Shown piece after piece: positions 27,156 through 36,039 of a stretch of 64,000 nucleotides of DNA; the first letter of the stretch is position 1; each line of letters opens with the position of its first letter. Position numbers and translations under genes: made by a program. Below the pieces are notes generated by a model, which saw only the letters and a program-made list of their open reading frames with translations, was not told where the DNA came from and did no database searches. The stretch is from Candidatus Multivorans sp. (GTDB taxonomy: Bacteria; Acidobacteriota; Thermoanaerobaculia; Multivoradales; Multivoraceae): positions 135,788-199,787 of the forward strand of contig OZ242167.1 of the NCBI GenBank assembly GCA_965205295.1, read 5' to 3'.

Positions 27156-29222
27156 CTACTCGATCCCCTGGAGCGGCACCGCGCTCCGCAGGTTGAGCCC
27201 CCGCCGGGTCAGTCGGATCTCAGGCTCGACCGCCGTGCCGGGCGGCTGGTCGCTGTAGTAGGTCAGCACGTGCTGGTGCCGCAGGTCTTGCTCGATCTGA
27301 TCGAAGACGTGCTCGATGTGGTCGGTCCACCGCGGCGTGGTGGCGTAGAGCTCGATGCGGAAAAGGCGTCCGCCGGTTTGCTCGCTGATCCGGCTGAGCC
27401 GTTTCCGCGCCCGTTGCCGCTGTGCCGTTCGTGTGACGTTGAGCGCGACCACGCCGGATGAGTCTCCGGTACCCGGACCCGATGCGTCCAGTTCGATGAA
27501 GTAGATCGGCAGGCCCAGCCGCTCCGCGAGGTCGGCGGACTGTTCGGGTTGGGATCGACTGTGCTGGTCGGCGCCGTCGGTGACCACGACCAGGGCGCGG
27601 CGCCCGGGCTCGCGGCGGTACTGGAGTAGAGAGAACAGGAGCCCGTCGTTGAGCGCCGTGCCGCCCATCGGAATCAGATGGTCAAGCCGGCTTTGCAGCA
27701 GCGGTTGGTCTGCCGTCAGTGGCTGGACGAGGCGCACCGTGTCGTCGAAGTCGACCAGGAAGGACCGGTCGCCAGGCTCCAGGGCGGTCTCGAGGAAGCC
27801 CCGGGCAATGTGCTTCAGGCGCCTCCAGGTGGAGAGCATGCTGTCCGACGAGTCGATCGCCAGCCCCAGGACCAGGGGCACGTCGTAGGCGGTGTGAAGG
27901 GCCACCGCCGGGTGCTTCCTGCCGTTCTCCCGGATTTCGAAGTCCTCCGGCGAGAGCCCGCTGACAGGATTCCCGTCGCGGTCCGTGACCAGCACCTGGA
28001 ACTGAACCAGTTGGACGTCGATCTCGCTCTGGTAGTCCGCTCCCTGCAGGAGTGCCGCGTCTTCCCGCTCACGGCCGTCGGCGAGCTTCGCCACAACACG
28101 GATGAAGTCGTCCGGTCGGCCGTCCTCGATCAGTGCCTCGAGGGAAATGGTGCGCGCGACGCCGGGCGCCCCATCTTCGCCGAAGGTGTGCGTTGCCGAC
28201 ACGAGATTCTCGCTGCGGTAGAACTCGACCCGCTCGAGTGTCGCCGCGCGCGGCAGCGACACGGAGGCCGCCACCCGGATCGCGGGGTCCCCGTTTGCCT
28301 GCGCGCTGTGAATCTCGGCGATGTGGACGGCGAAGGGCCGGTCGATCTGGTTGAGGAGGATCTCGTCCCTTCCGATGTACTCGTTCTTTCTGTCGTAGGC
28401 GAGGGCCTCGAGCTTCTGCTCGCGGGGTGGGTCGGCCAAACCGATGCGGGTCGTGAAGGGTCGGTTGCGAACGCGCCTGGTCTGTTTGCCGTCGAGCAGG
28501 AACTCCACTTCGCCAACGCGCGGATCGACGATCAGGGTCTGGATTTCGACTCTGCCGCTGAGCAGTTCGCCGACCCTGCGTTCGGGCGGCACAATGCGGA
28601 TCGTGGTGGGCTGGCCGGCACCGGCGGCCAGGGAATCCGAGGCAGGCGACACTTCCGGGCGGTCGTAGACCGTACTGAACTCCAGCCGAGGTTGGGACCG
28701 GACGTTGAGGTCGGTCATCCGCACAAGCTGGTCGTTCAGCAGGAAGAAGGTGTCGAACCGGCGCCAGTGCGAAGCGACCATCTCGATCGTGAGGCGTTCG
28801 TCGGTTTCGAGAAGGCGCCCGTCGACGCCGCGGCCAAGCGAGTGCTGCCGGCCGTCGAGCGCCAGGACACGGATGCCGCCGCGGTCGTCGAGGAGCACCA
28901 GGGCGTCATCGAGAATCCGGATCATCACCGTGCCGTAGCGCTCCGCGAGAGCCTGGGCCAGCTCGTCCACGGTCGGCGATCTGCGTTTGGGCGCCACTCG
29001 CATGCCCTGGACCTTGAGGACCGGATCGTCGCTGAGTTCGTCGTTCCTGATCCAGGGGCCATGCAGGTTGGAAAAGGGGACGTCCGGATGGACGCCGGTC
29101 CTGCTCGGTGGCGGAACGCCTTGGGCGGATGCCCCGGCAGCCCACACGGAGACCGCGAGCGTGAGCGCTGTCGAGGCTGCCGCGCAGCCGATCGCGGCAC
29201 GACGTAGGGCTCCGGCTCTCAC
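27156..29222 (-). CDS. secreted VWA (MIDAS) domain protein with Acidobacteria-type VWFA-related N-terminal region, copy B
   Basis: 688 aa. Signal peptide, then an internal Ig-like/VWFA-related region (EIDVQLVQFQVLVTDRDGNPVSGLSPEDFEIRENG), then MIDAS DSSDSM...GGTALNDG...VVVTDG. Confidence 0.8.
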   Translation of the reverse strand: MRAGALRRAAIGCAAASTALTLAVSVWAAGASAQGVPPPSRTGVHPDVPFSNLHGPWIRNDELSDDPVLKVQGMRVAPKRRSPTVDELAQALAERYGTVMIRILDDALVLLDDRGGIRVLALDGRQHSLGRGVDGRLLETDERLTIEMVASHWRRFDTFFLLNDQLVRMTDLNVRSQPRLEFSTVYDRPEVSPASDSLAAGAGQPTTIRIVPPERRVGELLSGRVEIQTLIVDPRVGEVEFLLDGKQTRRVRNRPFTTRIGLADPPREQKLEALAYDRKNEYIGRDEILLNQIDRPFAVHIAEIHSAQANGDPAIRVAASVSLPRAATLERVEFYRSENLVSATHTFGEDGAPGVARTISLEALIEDGRPDDFIRVVAKLADGREREDAALLQGADYQSEIDVQLVQFQVLVTDRDGNPVSGLSPEDFEIRENGRKHPAVALHTAYDVPLVLGLAIDSSDSMLSTWRRLKHIARGFLETALEPGDRSFLVDFDDTVRLVQPLTADQPLLQSRLDHLIPMGGTALNDGLLFSLLQYRREPGRRALVVVTDGADQHSRSQPEQSADLAERLGLPIYFIELDASGPGTGDSSGVVALNVTRTAQRQRARKRLSRISEQTGGRLFRIELYATTPRWTDHIEHVFDQIEQDLRHQHVLTYYSDQPPGTAVEPEIRLTRRGLNLRSAVPLQGIE

Positions 29223-29242
29223 CCGCGTCTCTTCCCGGCGGA

Positions 29243-31528
29243 CTACTCGACCGCGTCGAGCGGCAGGGCGCTTCTCACCTTGTGCCCCTTCCGGGTCACC
29301 CGGACTTCCGGTTCGAGTGCGGCGCCGAAGGGGCGCTCGCTGTAGTAGGTCAGCACGTACTGGCGCCGGAGCTCGTCCTCGATGTGGTCGAACACGTTCG
29401 CCATCTGGTCGATGGACTCGATCTGGAACAGGCGCCCGCCGGTGGGGCCGGTGATCAGACGCATGCTGTTGCGCAGGTTCGCGTCCTCCATCGAGGTCGG
29501 GCCGAACCCGACCGAGCGCATGGCGACGACGTAGACGGGGACGCCGAGGCGCTTGCCGAAGTCGATCGCCCGGGTCGGGTCGGAGCGGCTGTTCGAGTCG
29601 AAGCCGTCTGTGACGACGACCAGGGCCCGGCGGCCCGGCGCCTCGCCGTACTGGAGCAGGGAGAACAGGATCGCGTCGTAGAGGGCGGTGCTGCCCTGCG
29701 GAAAGAGGCGTCCGAGGCCGCGCGCCAGCAGCGGCTTGCTGCCGGTGAGTGGCTGCACGAGGCGCAGGGTGGAGTCGAAGTCGACCAGGAACGCCTGGTC
29801 GCGAAAGGTCAGGGCGCCGTTGAGGAACGCCTCGGCGATCGCGTTCGTCTGTTGCCAGATCGGCTCCATGCTGCCCGACGAGTCGATTGCGAGGCCCAGG
29901 GAGAGGGGTACGTCGTTCGAGACGTAGAGCTTCTCGACCTGACGGAGTTCCCCGTCCTCGCGCACCTCGAAGTCTGCCGGTTCGAGGCCGCCGACCGGGC
30001 TGCCCGAGCGGTCCACCACGAGGACCTGGAGCTGCACGAGCTGGACGTCGATCTCGCTGCTGAACTCCGCGCCCTGGAGCAGTTCGACATCCTCGAGTTC
30101 GCGGCCGTCGCCGAGGCGCGCCACAACACGGATGAAGTCCTGGGCCGAGACGCCGGACGTGGGCACGTCGGCGATGACGTCTCGCACGCCGCTCGGCCCT
30201 GCCTCTCCCTCGAAGTGGTCGAAGGCGGCAACGAGCTGCTCAGTGCGGTAGAACTCGACCCGCTCCAGGGTCTCGGTGCGCGGGACCGAGATACCGGCCT
30301 CGACGCGTACCGCCTGTTCGCCTGCGCCGCGGGTCGGGCCGATGCCTGCGATCCGTACCGCGAACGGCGGATCGAGGCGGTTCAGGACGATCTTGTCGCT
30401 GCCCGCGTAGGCGCCCCGGGCTCCAAGGGCCCTGACCTCGATGGTGTGCTCGCGCGGCGGGTCTGCGAGTTCGATCCGGGCTTCGAAGGGTGGCCGGGTG
30501 GCCCGGGCTGTTTCCTCGCCGTCGAGCAGGAACTCGACTACGGCGATCTGCGGGTCGATGGTCAGGGTCTGGATTTGGACGCGCCCGCTGAGCAGTTCCC
30601 GGTGGCCCTTCTCGGGCGGCAGGATGCGGATCGTCGCCGGCCGGGCGCTGCGGGCAGCGTCGGTGCGCTCGGCCCGCCCGTCCGAAACTCCTCCGACCGG
30701 CGGCAGGTAGTCCGCCTTGTTGAAGCCGCCATCGTCGTCCGGCCTTGGGGCGGCGTCGGCCGCGCGCGACGTGGTCGTGGGCGCCGGAGACGGGGGTGCG
30801 TCGCCTGAGCGCTCGTAGACCGTACGGAACGAAAGATCGGCGAAGCGGCCGCCCTGCAGGTCGGTCACGAGCACGAGCTGATCGCCCTCGAGGTAGAAGG
30901 TCTCGATCCGTTGACGGCCCTGGGAGGACGACTCCACTTCGAGCGAGGCGCCGACGAAACGGGCGCGGCTGTGACCGCCGAAGCCATCGGCGATGTCGCG
31001 TCCGTCGAGGAAGAGGACGCGGTCTTCGCGCTTCGCGTTGCGGATGAGGACCTGAGGTTCGTCGATTCGGATCATCAGCACGTCCAGGCGCTCGGCGAGT
31101 TCCCTCGCCATCTCCCGCATCCCGGACGGGCCGTCCTGGCTGCCGCCCTGGCCGCCGCCGCTTCCGCCGCGTCCGCGGCCGAAACCGCTCTGGCCGCCGC
31201 GGCCGAAGCCGCCGGTGGGGCCACCGCCGGGAGTTGCGCCCTGGGATCGTCCGGGCCCGCCGCCGAAGGTCTGGCCGTAGGACTCCTCGAGCTTCTCGAC
31301 CGGGTTCTCGCTCAGCCGCTCGTCGCGAATCCAGATGCCCGGGATGGCGGCGACCGGATCACCCGCGGCCCCGGCTGAGGGTTCTTCCTGGGCGGCCGGG
31401 TCCTGGGCGCCGGCGGGGTTCCCATTCGGCAGCAAGAGGGCGACGCCGAGGATGCCTGCAGCCAGCACTGCCGGTGGGATGCGGTGCGAGCGCCGCCGTC
31501 GGCGCCGGTTGTCGGTGTTCCTGGTCAT
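29243..31528 (-). CDS. secreted VWA (MIDAS) domain protein, copy C (contains a Gly/Arg-rich low-complexity insert)
   Basis: ATG at 31528 (MTRNTDNRRRRRRSHRIPPAVLAAGILGVALLLPNGNPAGAQ). MIDAS DSSGSM. An in-frame upstream stretch to 31822 encodes 2 TM-like helices with strong codon bias, so an alternative start at 31822 (GTG) cannot be excluded. Confidence 0.7.
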   Translation of the reverse strand: MTRNTDNRRRRRRSHRIPPAVLAAGILGVALLLPNGNPAGAQDPAAQEEPSAGAAGDPVAAIPGIWIRDERLSENPVEKLEESYGQTFGGGPGRSQGATPGGGPTGGFGRGGQSGFGRGRGGSGGGQGGSQDGPSGMREMARELAERLDVLMIRIDEPQVLIRNAKREDRVLFLDGRDIADGFGGHSRARFVGASLEVESSSQGRQRIETFYLEGDQLVLVTDLQGGRFADLSFRTVYERSGDAPPSPAPTTTSRAADAAPRPDDDGGFNKADYLPPVGGVSDGRAERTDAARSARPATIRILPPEKGHRELLSGRVQIQTLTIDPQIAVVEFLLDGEETARATRPPFEARIELADPPREHTIEVRALGARGAYAGSDKIVLNRLDPPFAVRIAGIGPTRGAGEQAVRVEAGISVPRTETLERVEFYRTEQLVAAFDHFEGEAGPSGVRDVIADVPTSGVSAQDFIRVVARLGDGRELEDVELLQGAEFSSEIDVQLVQLQVLVVDRSGSPVGGLEPADFEVREDGELRQVEKLYVSNDVPLSLGLAIDSSGSMEPIWQQTNAIAEAFLNGALTFRDQAFLVDFDSTLRLVQPLTGSKPLLARGLGRLFPQGSTALYDAILFSLLQYGEAPGRRALVVVTDGFDSNSRSDPTRAIDFGKRLGVPVYVVAMRSVGFGPTSMEDANLRNSMRLITGPTGGRLFQIESIDQMANVFDHIEDELRRQYVLTYYSERPFGAALEPEVRVTRKGHKVRSALPLDAVE

Positions 31529-31884
31529 GGGGAGACGAATGCCGAGACGAATGCGTGCAGGATACAGGCCAACGGCGTTCCCGACGCGCAGACTCCTAAC
31601 CTGCCAGCAGCAGTTCGCGCACGCCCACATCATGCGGTCGCGCAGAAACAGGAACCGCGCGCCGTTCGAAGCCGCCTGGACGGCGCCGTGCAGGATCATC
31701 GCGCCGCTTACGGGGAGGAGGCTCGTGAGCACGGCCATCAGCGCCAGGCCCCCGGCCATGCCGAGGACCCCGGAGACGATCGCCGTCGCGAGCACCGTCA
31801 ACAGGATGACGGTCGCGATCACGTGGAAGAGCGTTCCGGTGCTACCAATATCTGCGGCGGGAGGCAGGCAGGCGTTTGGCGGCG

Positions 31885-34077
31885 CTACTGAAGCGCTTCG
31901 AGCGGCAGCACGCTCTTCACGGTGAGACCCTTGCGCGTCGTCCGGACCTCCGGCTCGACGCCCGCTCCCGGTGGACGGTCGCTGTAGTAGGTCAGCACGT
32001 GCTGGTGCCGGAGGTCCTTGTTGATCCGGTCGAAGACCCCTTGCATGTCTCTGGCCAGGACGGCCCGGGACTGGCCAGGGTGGATACGGAACAGGCGGCC
32101 GCCGGTTTGACGGCTGAGTCTCTTGATCAGGGGACCCCGGGGATCATTCCAACCGAGAGCGATGGAGTAGATGGGGACCCCCATTCGTTCGGCGTACTCG
32201 GTGACCTGCGCGCGCTTGGAGCGGCTGTGGAGATCGTCGCCGTCGGTCACGACGATCAGGGCGCGGCGGCCCGGTTCGTTCCGGAACTGGAGGAGGGAGA
32301 ACAGGACCCCGTCGTTCAGCGCGGTGCCGCCCTGGGCGAGCAGCCGGTGGAGTCTGGCCTTGAGCAGGGGCCGGCTTCCAGTCAGCGGCTGGAGCGGCCG
32401 GACCGTGTCATCGAAGTCGACGAGGAAAGCTCGATCGTCCGCGGCCAGGGCGCCTTCGAAGAAGGCCCGAACGACCTCGTGTAGTTGGCGCCAGACGAAG
32501 TACATGCTCTCCGACGAGTCGATGGCGATGCCCAGAACCAGGGGGACGTCCTCCGAGACGTGCAGGTCCTTCGCCGGGCGCCAGGCGCCGTTCTCGCGAA
32601 TCTCGAAGTCCTCGGCCTTCAGGTCGCCTACCGGGTCGCCGTCGCGGTCGACGACGAGGATCTGGAGCTGCACGAGTTGCACATCGATTTCGCTGCGGTG
32701 TTCGGCGCCCTGGAGGAGTTCGGCGTCTTCCATCTCCCGGCCGTCGGTGAGCTGCGCCGTGACGCGGACGAAGTCGCCGGGCGAGACGCCCTCGATCAGC
32801 GTGTCGACGGGGATGGTGCGTGCCTCACCGCGATTCGCGGCTGGGTCGAGGTCGTCGAACGTGGCAACCGGATGATCGCCGCGGTAGAACGCGACGCGTT
32901 GGAGCGCCGCGGCGCGCGGCACGGAGACGCTGGCTGCGACGCGGAGCGCCGAAGAGCCTGCCCGGCCTACCGATCGAATCTCTGCAATGCGGACTCGGAA
33001 AGCCGAGTCGAGACGGTTGAGAACGATCCGGTCGGAACCGGCGAGCTTTCCCGAGTCGCTGTAGGCCCGGACTTCCAGCGTCTGTGGACGGGGAGGGTCG
33101 TCGAGCCGGACGCGGGCCACATACGGCGGTTTCCTGGCTTCCTTCGCCCGCACGCCGTCGAGGAAGAACTCGACCGACTGGATCAACGGATCGATGACCA
33201 GGGTCTGGACCTCGACCGGACCGGAGAGTAGTCCCCGGTACTGGCGTCGTGGCGGCACGATGCGGATCGCGGCCGGCCTCACGAAGCGGCCCTGCTCGAC
33301 CCTGGCAGGCCGCCCCGGGGGCGGCTTGCCGTCGGCGTGGTCGTACACGGTCTGGAAGAGGAACTCGGGGGTCGAGAAGTTCTGGGTCTCGGTCAGGTGG
33401 ACCAGCCGCTCGCCCCGCCGGTAGATCGTCTCGATCCAGAGCCAAGCCTGACCGGTTCCCTGCGTGACGATCTCGAGCGAATCCTCGGCGAGGAAGACGG
33501 TGGTCAGGTTGCCCTCGCTGTCGTACCGGGCGTAGCCGTCGGTCCGTACATTGAGGTTCTCGCGCTTGGCGTTTCGAACCAGAACGTCCTGCCCGGCGAA
33601 GTCGATCACGAGGCGGCGGCGGCGGTTGGCAAGGTCTTCGGCGAACTCCCGCAGCCAGCCCGAGACGAAGCCTTCAACGAAGTGGCTGGCGAGGCGCTCG
33701 ACCGGGTCGTCGCTGAGTTGCGCGTTCCGGACCCAGGCGCCTTCCAGGGCAATGGAAACGTCGGCGGCGCCGGACTCGGGGGCGCCGCGGGCAGGCGCCA
33801 CCTGGGCGCGAGCGGGCGGCGCGGTCGCAGCCCCGAAGGCGATGACGGCGAGGACGGCCCCCAGCGATGTCGCCCGGCGGAGGCCGAGCGGAGTTGGGAC
33901 ATGGATCAGCACGGCTTTGCCAGAGGTTAACCGGGCGGTTCCCGGCACTGGCGTGGAGAATGCAAGGTCGGGGCCGGACGGCGCGGCCGCCGGTCGCGCA
34001 TGCGATCTCCGAATTCGCCGCCCCGAGGGTGGCGGTGGCCGCCGGCTGTCGCCCCTTGGTGACGGCGGTGTCCCCAT
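31885..34077 (-). CDS. secreted VWA (MIDAS) domain protein, copy D
   Basis: The first ATG is 34077, only 36 nt from the divergent dppB start; an alternative GTG lies just before the signal peptide (LIHVPTPLGLRRATSLGAVLAVIAFGAATAPPARAQ). MIDAS DSSESM. The six-frame ORF extends spuriously to 34809. Confidence 0.7.
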   Translation of the reverse strand: MGTPPSPRGDSRRPPPPSGRRIRRSHARPAAAPSGPDLAFSTPVPGTARLTSGKAVLIHVPTPLGLRRATSLGAVLAVIAFGAATAPPARAQVAPARGAPESGAADVSIALEGAWVRNAQLSDDPVERLASHFVEGFVSGWLREFAEDLANRRRRLVIDFAGQDVLVRNAKRENLNVRTDGYARYDSEGNLTTVFLAEDSLEIVTQGTGQAWLWIETIYRRGERLVHLTETQNFSTPEFLFQTVYDHADGKPPPGRPARVEQGRFVRPAAIRIVPPRRQYRGLLSGPVEVQTLVIDPLIQSVEFFLDGVRAKEARKPPYVARVRLDDPPRPQTLEVRAYSDSGKLAGSDRIVLNRLDSAFRVRIAEIRSVGRAGSSALRVAASVSVPRAAALQRVAFYRGDHPVATFDDLDPAANRGEARTIPVDTLIEGVSPGDFVRVTAQLTDGREMEDAELLQGAEHRSEIDVQLVQLQILVVDRDGDPVGDLKAEDFEIRENGAWRPAKDLHVSEDVPLVLGIAIDSSESMYFVWRQLHEVVRAFFEGALAADDRAFLVDFDDTVRPLQPLTGSRPLLKARLHRLLAQGGTALNDGVLFSLLQFRNEPGRRALIVVTDGDDLHSRSKRAQVTEYAERMGVPIYSIALGWNDPRGPLIKRLSRQTGGRLFRIHPGQSRAVLARDMQGVFDRINKDLRHQHVLTYYSDRPPGAGVEPEVRTTRKGLTVKSVLPLEALQ

Positions 34078-34113
34078 CGGGTTCCGCTCGCCTGTATTCT
34101 CTGACGCCTTCCC

Positions 34114-35064
34114 ATGAAGACATACATCCTGCGGCGGCTCCTGGCGATGGTGCCGACCCTCTTCTTCGCCAGCCTGATCGTGTTCGTGTCGATGCGGATC
34201 ATTCCCGGTGACGTGATCGACCTGATGCTGGCACAGAACGATGTCTCGACCAGCCTCGATCGGGAGGCCCTCGAGGCGGCGATGGGGCTCGATCAGCCGA
34301 TGGCGACGCAGTACCTGCGCTGGGCCGGCGATGCCCTGCGCGGCGACCTCGGCCAGTCGCTCTGGCGCAGCACGCCGGTGGCGGAGCAGATCATGGACCG
34401 GCTGCCGGTGACCTTCGAGCTTGGTCTGCTGGCGCTCGTGGTGGCGCTGTCGGTCGCGGTGCCGATCGGCATCCTCTCGGCCACTCGCCAGGATTCCGCC
34501 CTGGACTACACGGCGCGGTCGTTCTCGCTCCTGATGCTCGCGGTGCCCGGTTTCTGGCTCGGCACCCTGGTCATGGTCTTCCCGTCGGTCTGGTGGCGCT
34601 GGGCGCCTGCGCTCGAGTACACGCCGTTCTTGGTCGATCCGCTGGCGAACCTGAGCCACCTGATCGTGCCGGCGATCCTGCTCGGGCTGTCGATGTCCGC
34701 GATCACCATGCGGATGACTCGCACGATGATGCTCGAGGTGATGCGTCAGGACTACGTCCGCACGGCGCGTGCCAAGGGTCTGAGCGAGCGTGCCGTGGTC
34801 GTCCAGCACGCGCTGAAGAACGGGCTGATCCCGGTCGTCACGCTGATCGGCCTGCAGGCGCCGCTACTGATCGGCGGCACGGTGGTGATGGAGCAGATCT
34901 TCGTCATTCCAGGCATGGGGCAGTTGCTCCTGGACGGCGTCTACGAGCGGGACTATCCGGTGATCTCCGGCGTCTTCCTGGTCGTCGGAGTCGCGATCCT
35001 GCTGATCAATCTGCTGGTCGACCTGAGCTACGGCTGGCTCGATCCGAAGGTGCGGTACGGATGA
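34114..35064 (+). CDS. ABC transporter permease, DppB/OppB type (peptide/nickel family)
   Basis: MKTYILRRLLAMVPTLF N-terminus, 6 TM segments and the EAA-like loop. Confidence 0.85.
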   Translation: MKTYILRRLLAMVPTLFFASLIVFVSMRIIPGDVIDLMLAQNDVSTSLDREALEAAMGLDQPMATQYLRWAGDALRGDLGQSLWRSTPVAEQIMDRLPVTFELGLLALVVALSVAVPIGILSATRQDSALDYTARSFSLLMLAVPGFWLGTLVMVFPSVWWRWAPALEYTPFLVDPLANLSHLIVPAILLGLSMSAITMRMTRTMMLEVMRQDYVRTARAKGLSERAVVVQHALKNGLIPVVTLIGLQAPLLIGGTVVMEQIFVIPGMGQLLLDGVYERDYPVISGVFLVVGVAILLINLLVDLSYGWLDPKVRYG

Positions 35065-35071
35065 GCGCCGG

Positions 35072-35968
35072 ATGACCACTGTTGGCGCGATCCCCGCGGA
35101 CGCCCTGCCGGGGCGTGACCAGCCTCGCTGGTGGCGCTTCACCGTCCGCCTGTTTCGCACCAAGCCGCTGGGCGCCGCCGGCGCCGTGCTGTTCCTGATC
35201 TTCCTGCTGAGCGGCGTCTTCGCGGGCGTGCTCGCCCCGTACGGCATCAACGAGACCGACCTGACGCATCGCCTCGAGCCGCCGTCCCGGCAGTTCCTGC
35301 TCGGCACCGACCACCTGGGTCGCGACCTGTTCTCGCGGGTCCTGATGGGGGCGCGGCTGTCCATGATCGTCGGCTTCTGCGCCGCCGGCTTGGCGACCGT
35401 AGTGTCGATTGTGATCGGCTTGCTCTCGGGCTATCTCGGCGGCTGGTTCGACCTGCTCACGCAGCGCCTGGTCGACGCCTGGATGACCTTCCCCGACCTG
35501 GTGCTGCTGATCGTCATCGTGTCCGTGGTCGGTCCCGGCATCACCCAGATCGTCATTATCCTGGGGCTGCTCTACGGCATCGCCGGGTCGCGGATCGTGC
35601 GGGGTGCTACGACCTCGGTGCGCGAGCACGTCTATACCCAGGCCGCGCAGTCGATCGGCGCCGGCACCTTCCACATCCTCCGTCGTCACATCCTGCCCAA
35701 CGTGATGCCGGTCGTCATCGTCCTGTTCACGACCCGTGTCGGCGCGGTCATCCTGTCGGAGGCGGCGCTTTCGTTCCTGGGCCTGGGGGTGCCGCCGCCG
35801 GCGCCCACCTGGGGCGGCATGCTGAGCGGCGACGGTCGCACCTACCTCTACCTGGGGCCCTGGCTGGCGTTGGCGCCGGGCGTCTGTCTGACGGTGGTCG
35901 TCTATTCGGCGAACATCTTCGGCGACGCGTTGCGCGACCTTCTCGATCCGAGAATGAGGGGCACGTGA
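35072..35968 (+). CDS. ABC transporter permease, DppC/OppC type
   Basis: Typical OppC N-terminal helix and BPD_transp_1 fold. It begins 8 nt after dppB. Confidence 0.85.
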   Translation: MTTVGAIPADALPGRDQPRWWRFTVRLFRTKPLGAAGAVLFLIFLLSGVFAGVLAPYGINETDLTHRLEPPSRQFLLGTDHLGRDLFSRVLMGARLSMIVGFCAAGLATVVSIVIGLLSGYLGGWFDLLTQRLVDAWMTFPDLVLLIVIVSVVGPGITQIVIILGLLYGIAGSRIVRGATTSVREHVYTQAAQSIGAGTFHILRRHILPNVMPVVIVLFTTRVGAVILSEAALSFLGLGVPPPAPTWGGMLSGDGRTYLYLGPWLALAPGVCLTVVVYSANIFGDALRDLLDPRMRGT

Positions 35969-36039
35969 GCGCGTTCGAGGACCATGCGGGCGCATCGTTC
36001 CTGGAGTGCCAGGCCCAGAGTGCCAAGTAGAGTACGGCC

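Noticed and set aside
31885-34809. N-terminal 244 aa of the 974-aa ORF for VWA copy D
   Set aside because: This stretch is antisense to the dppB-like permease gene and has junk composition. The start was moved to 34077 or later.
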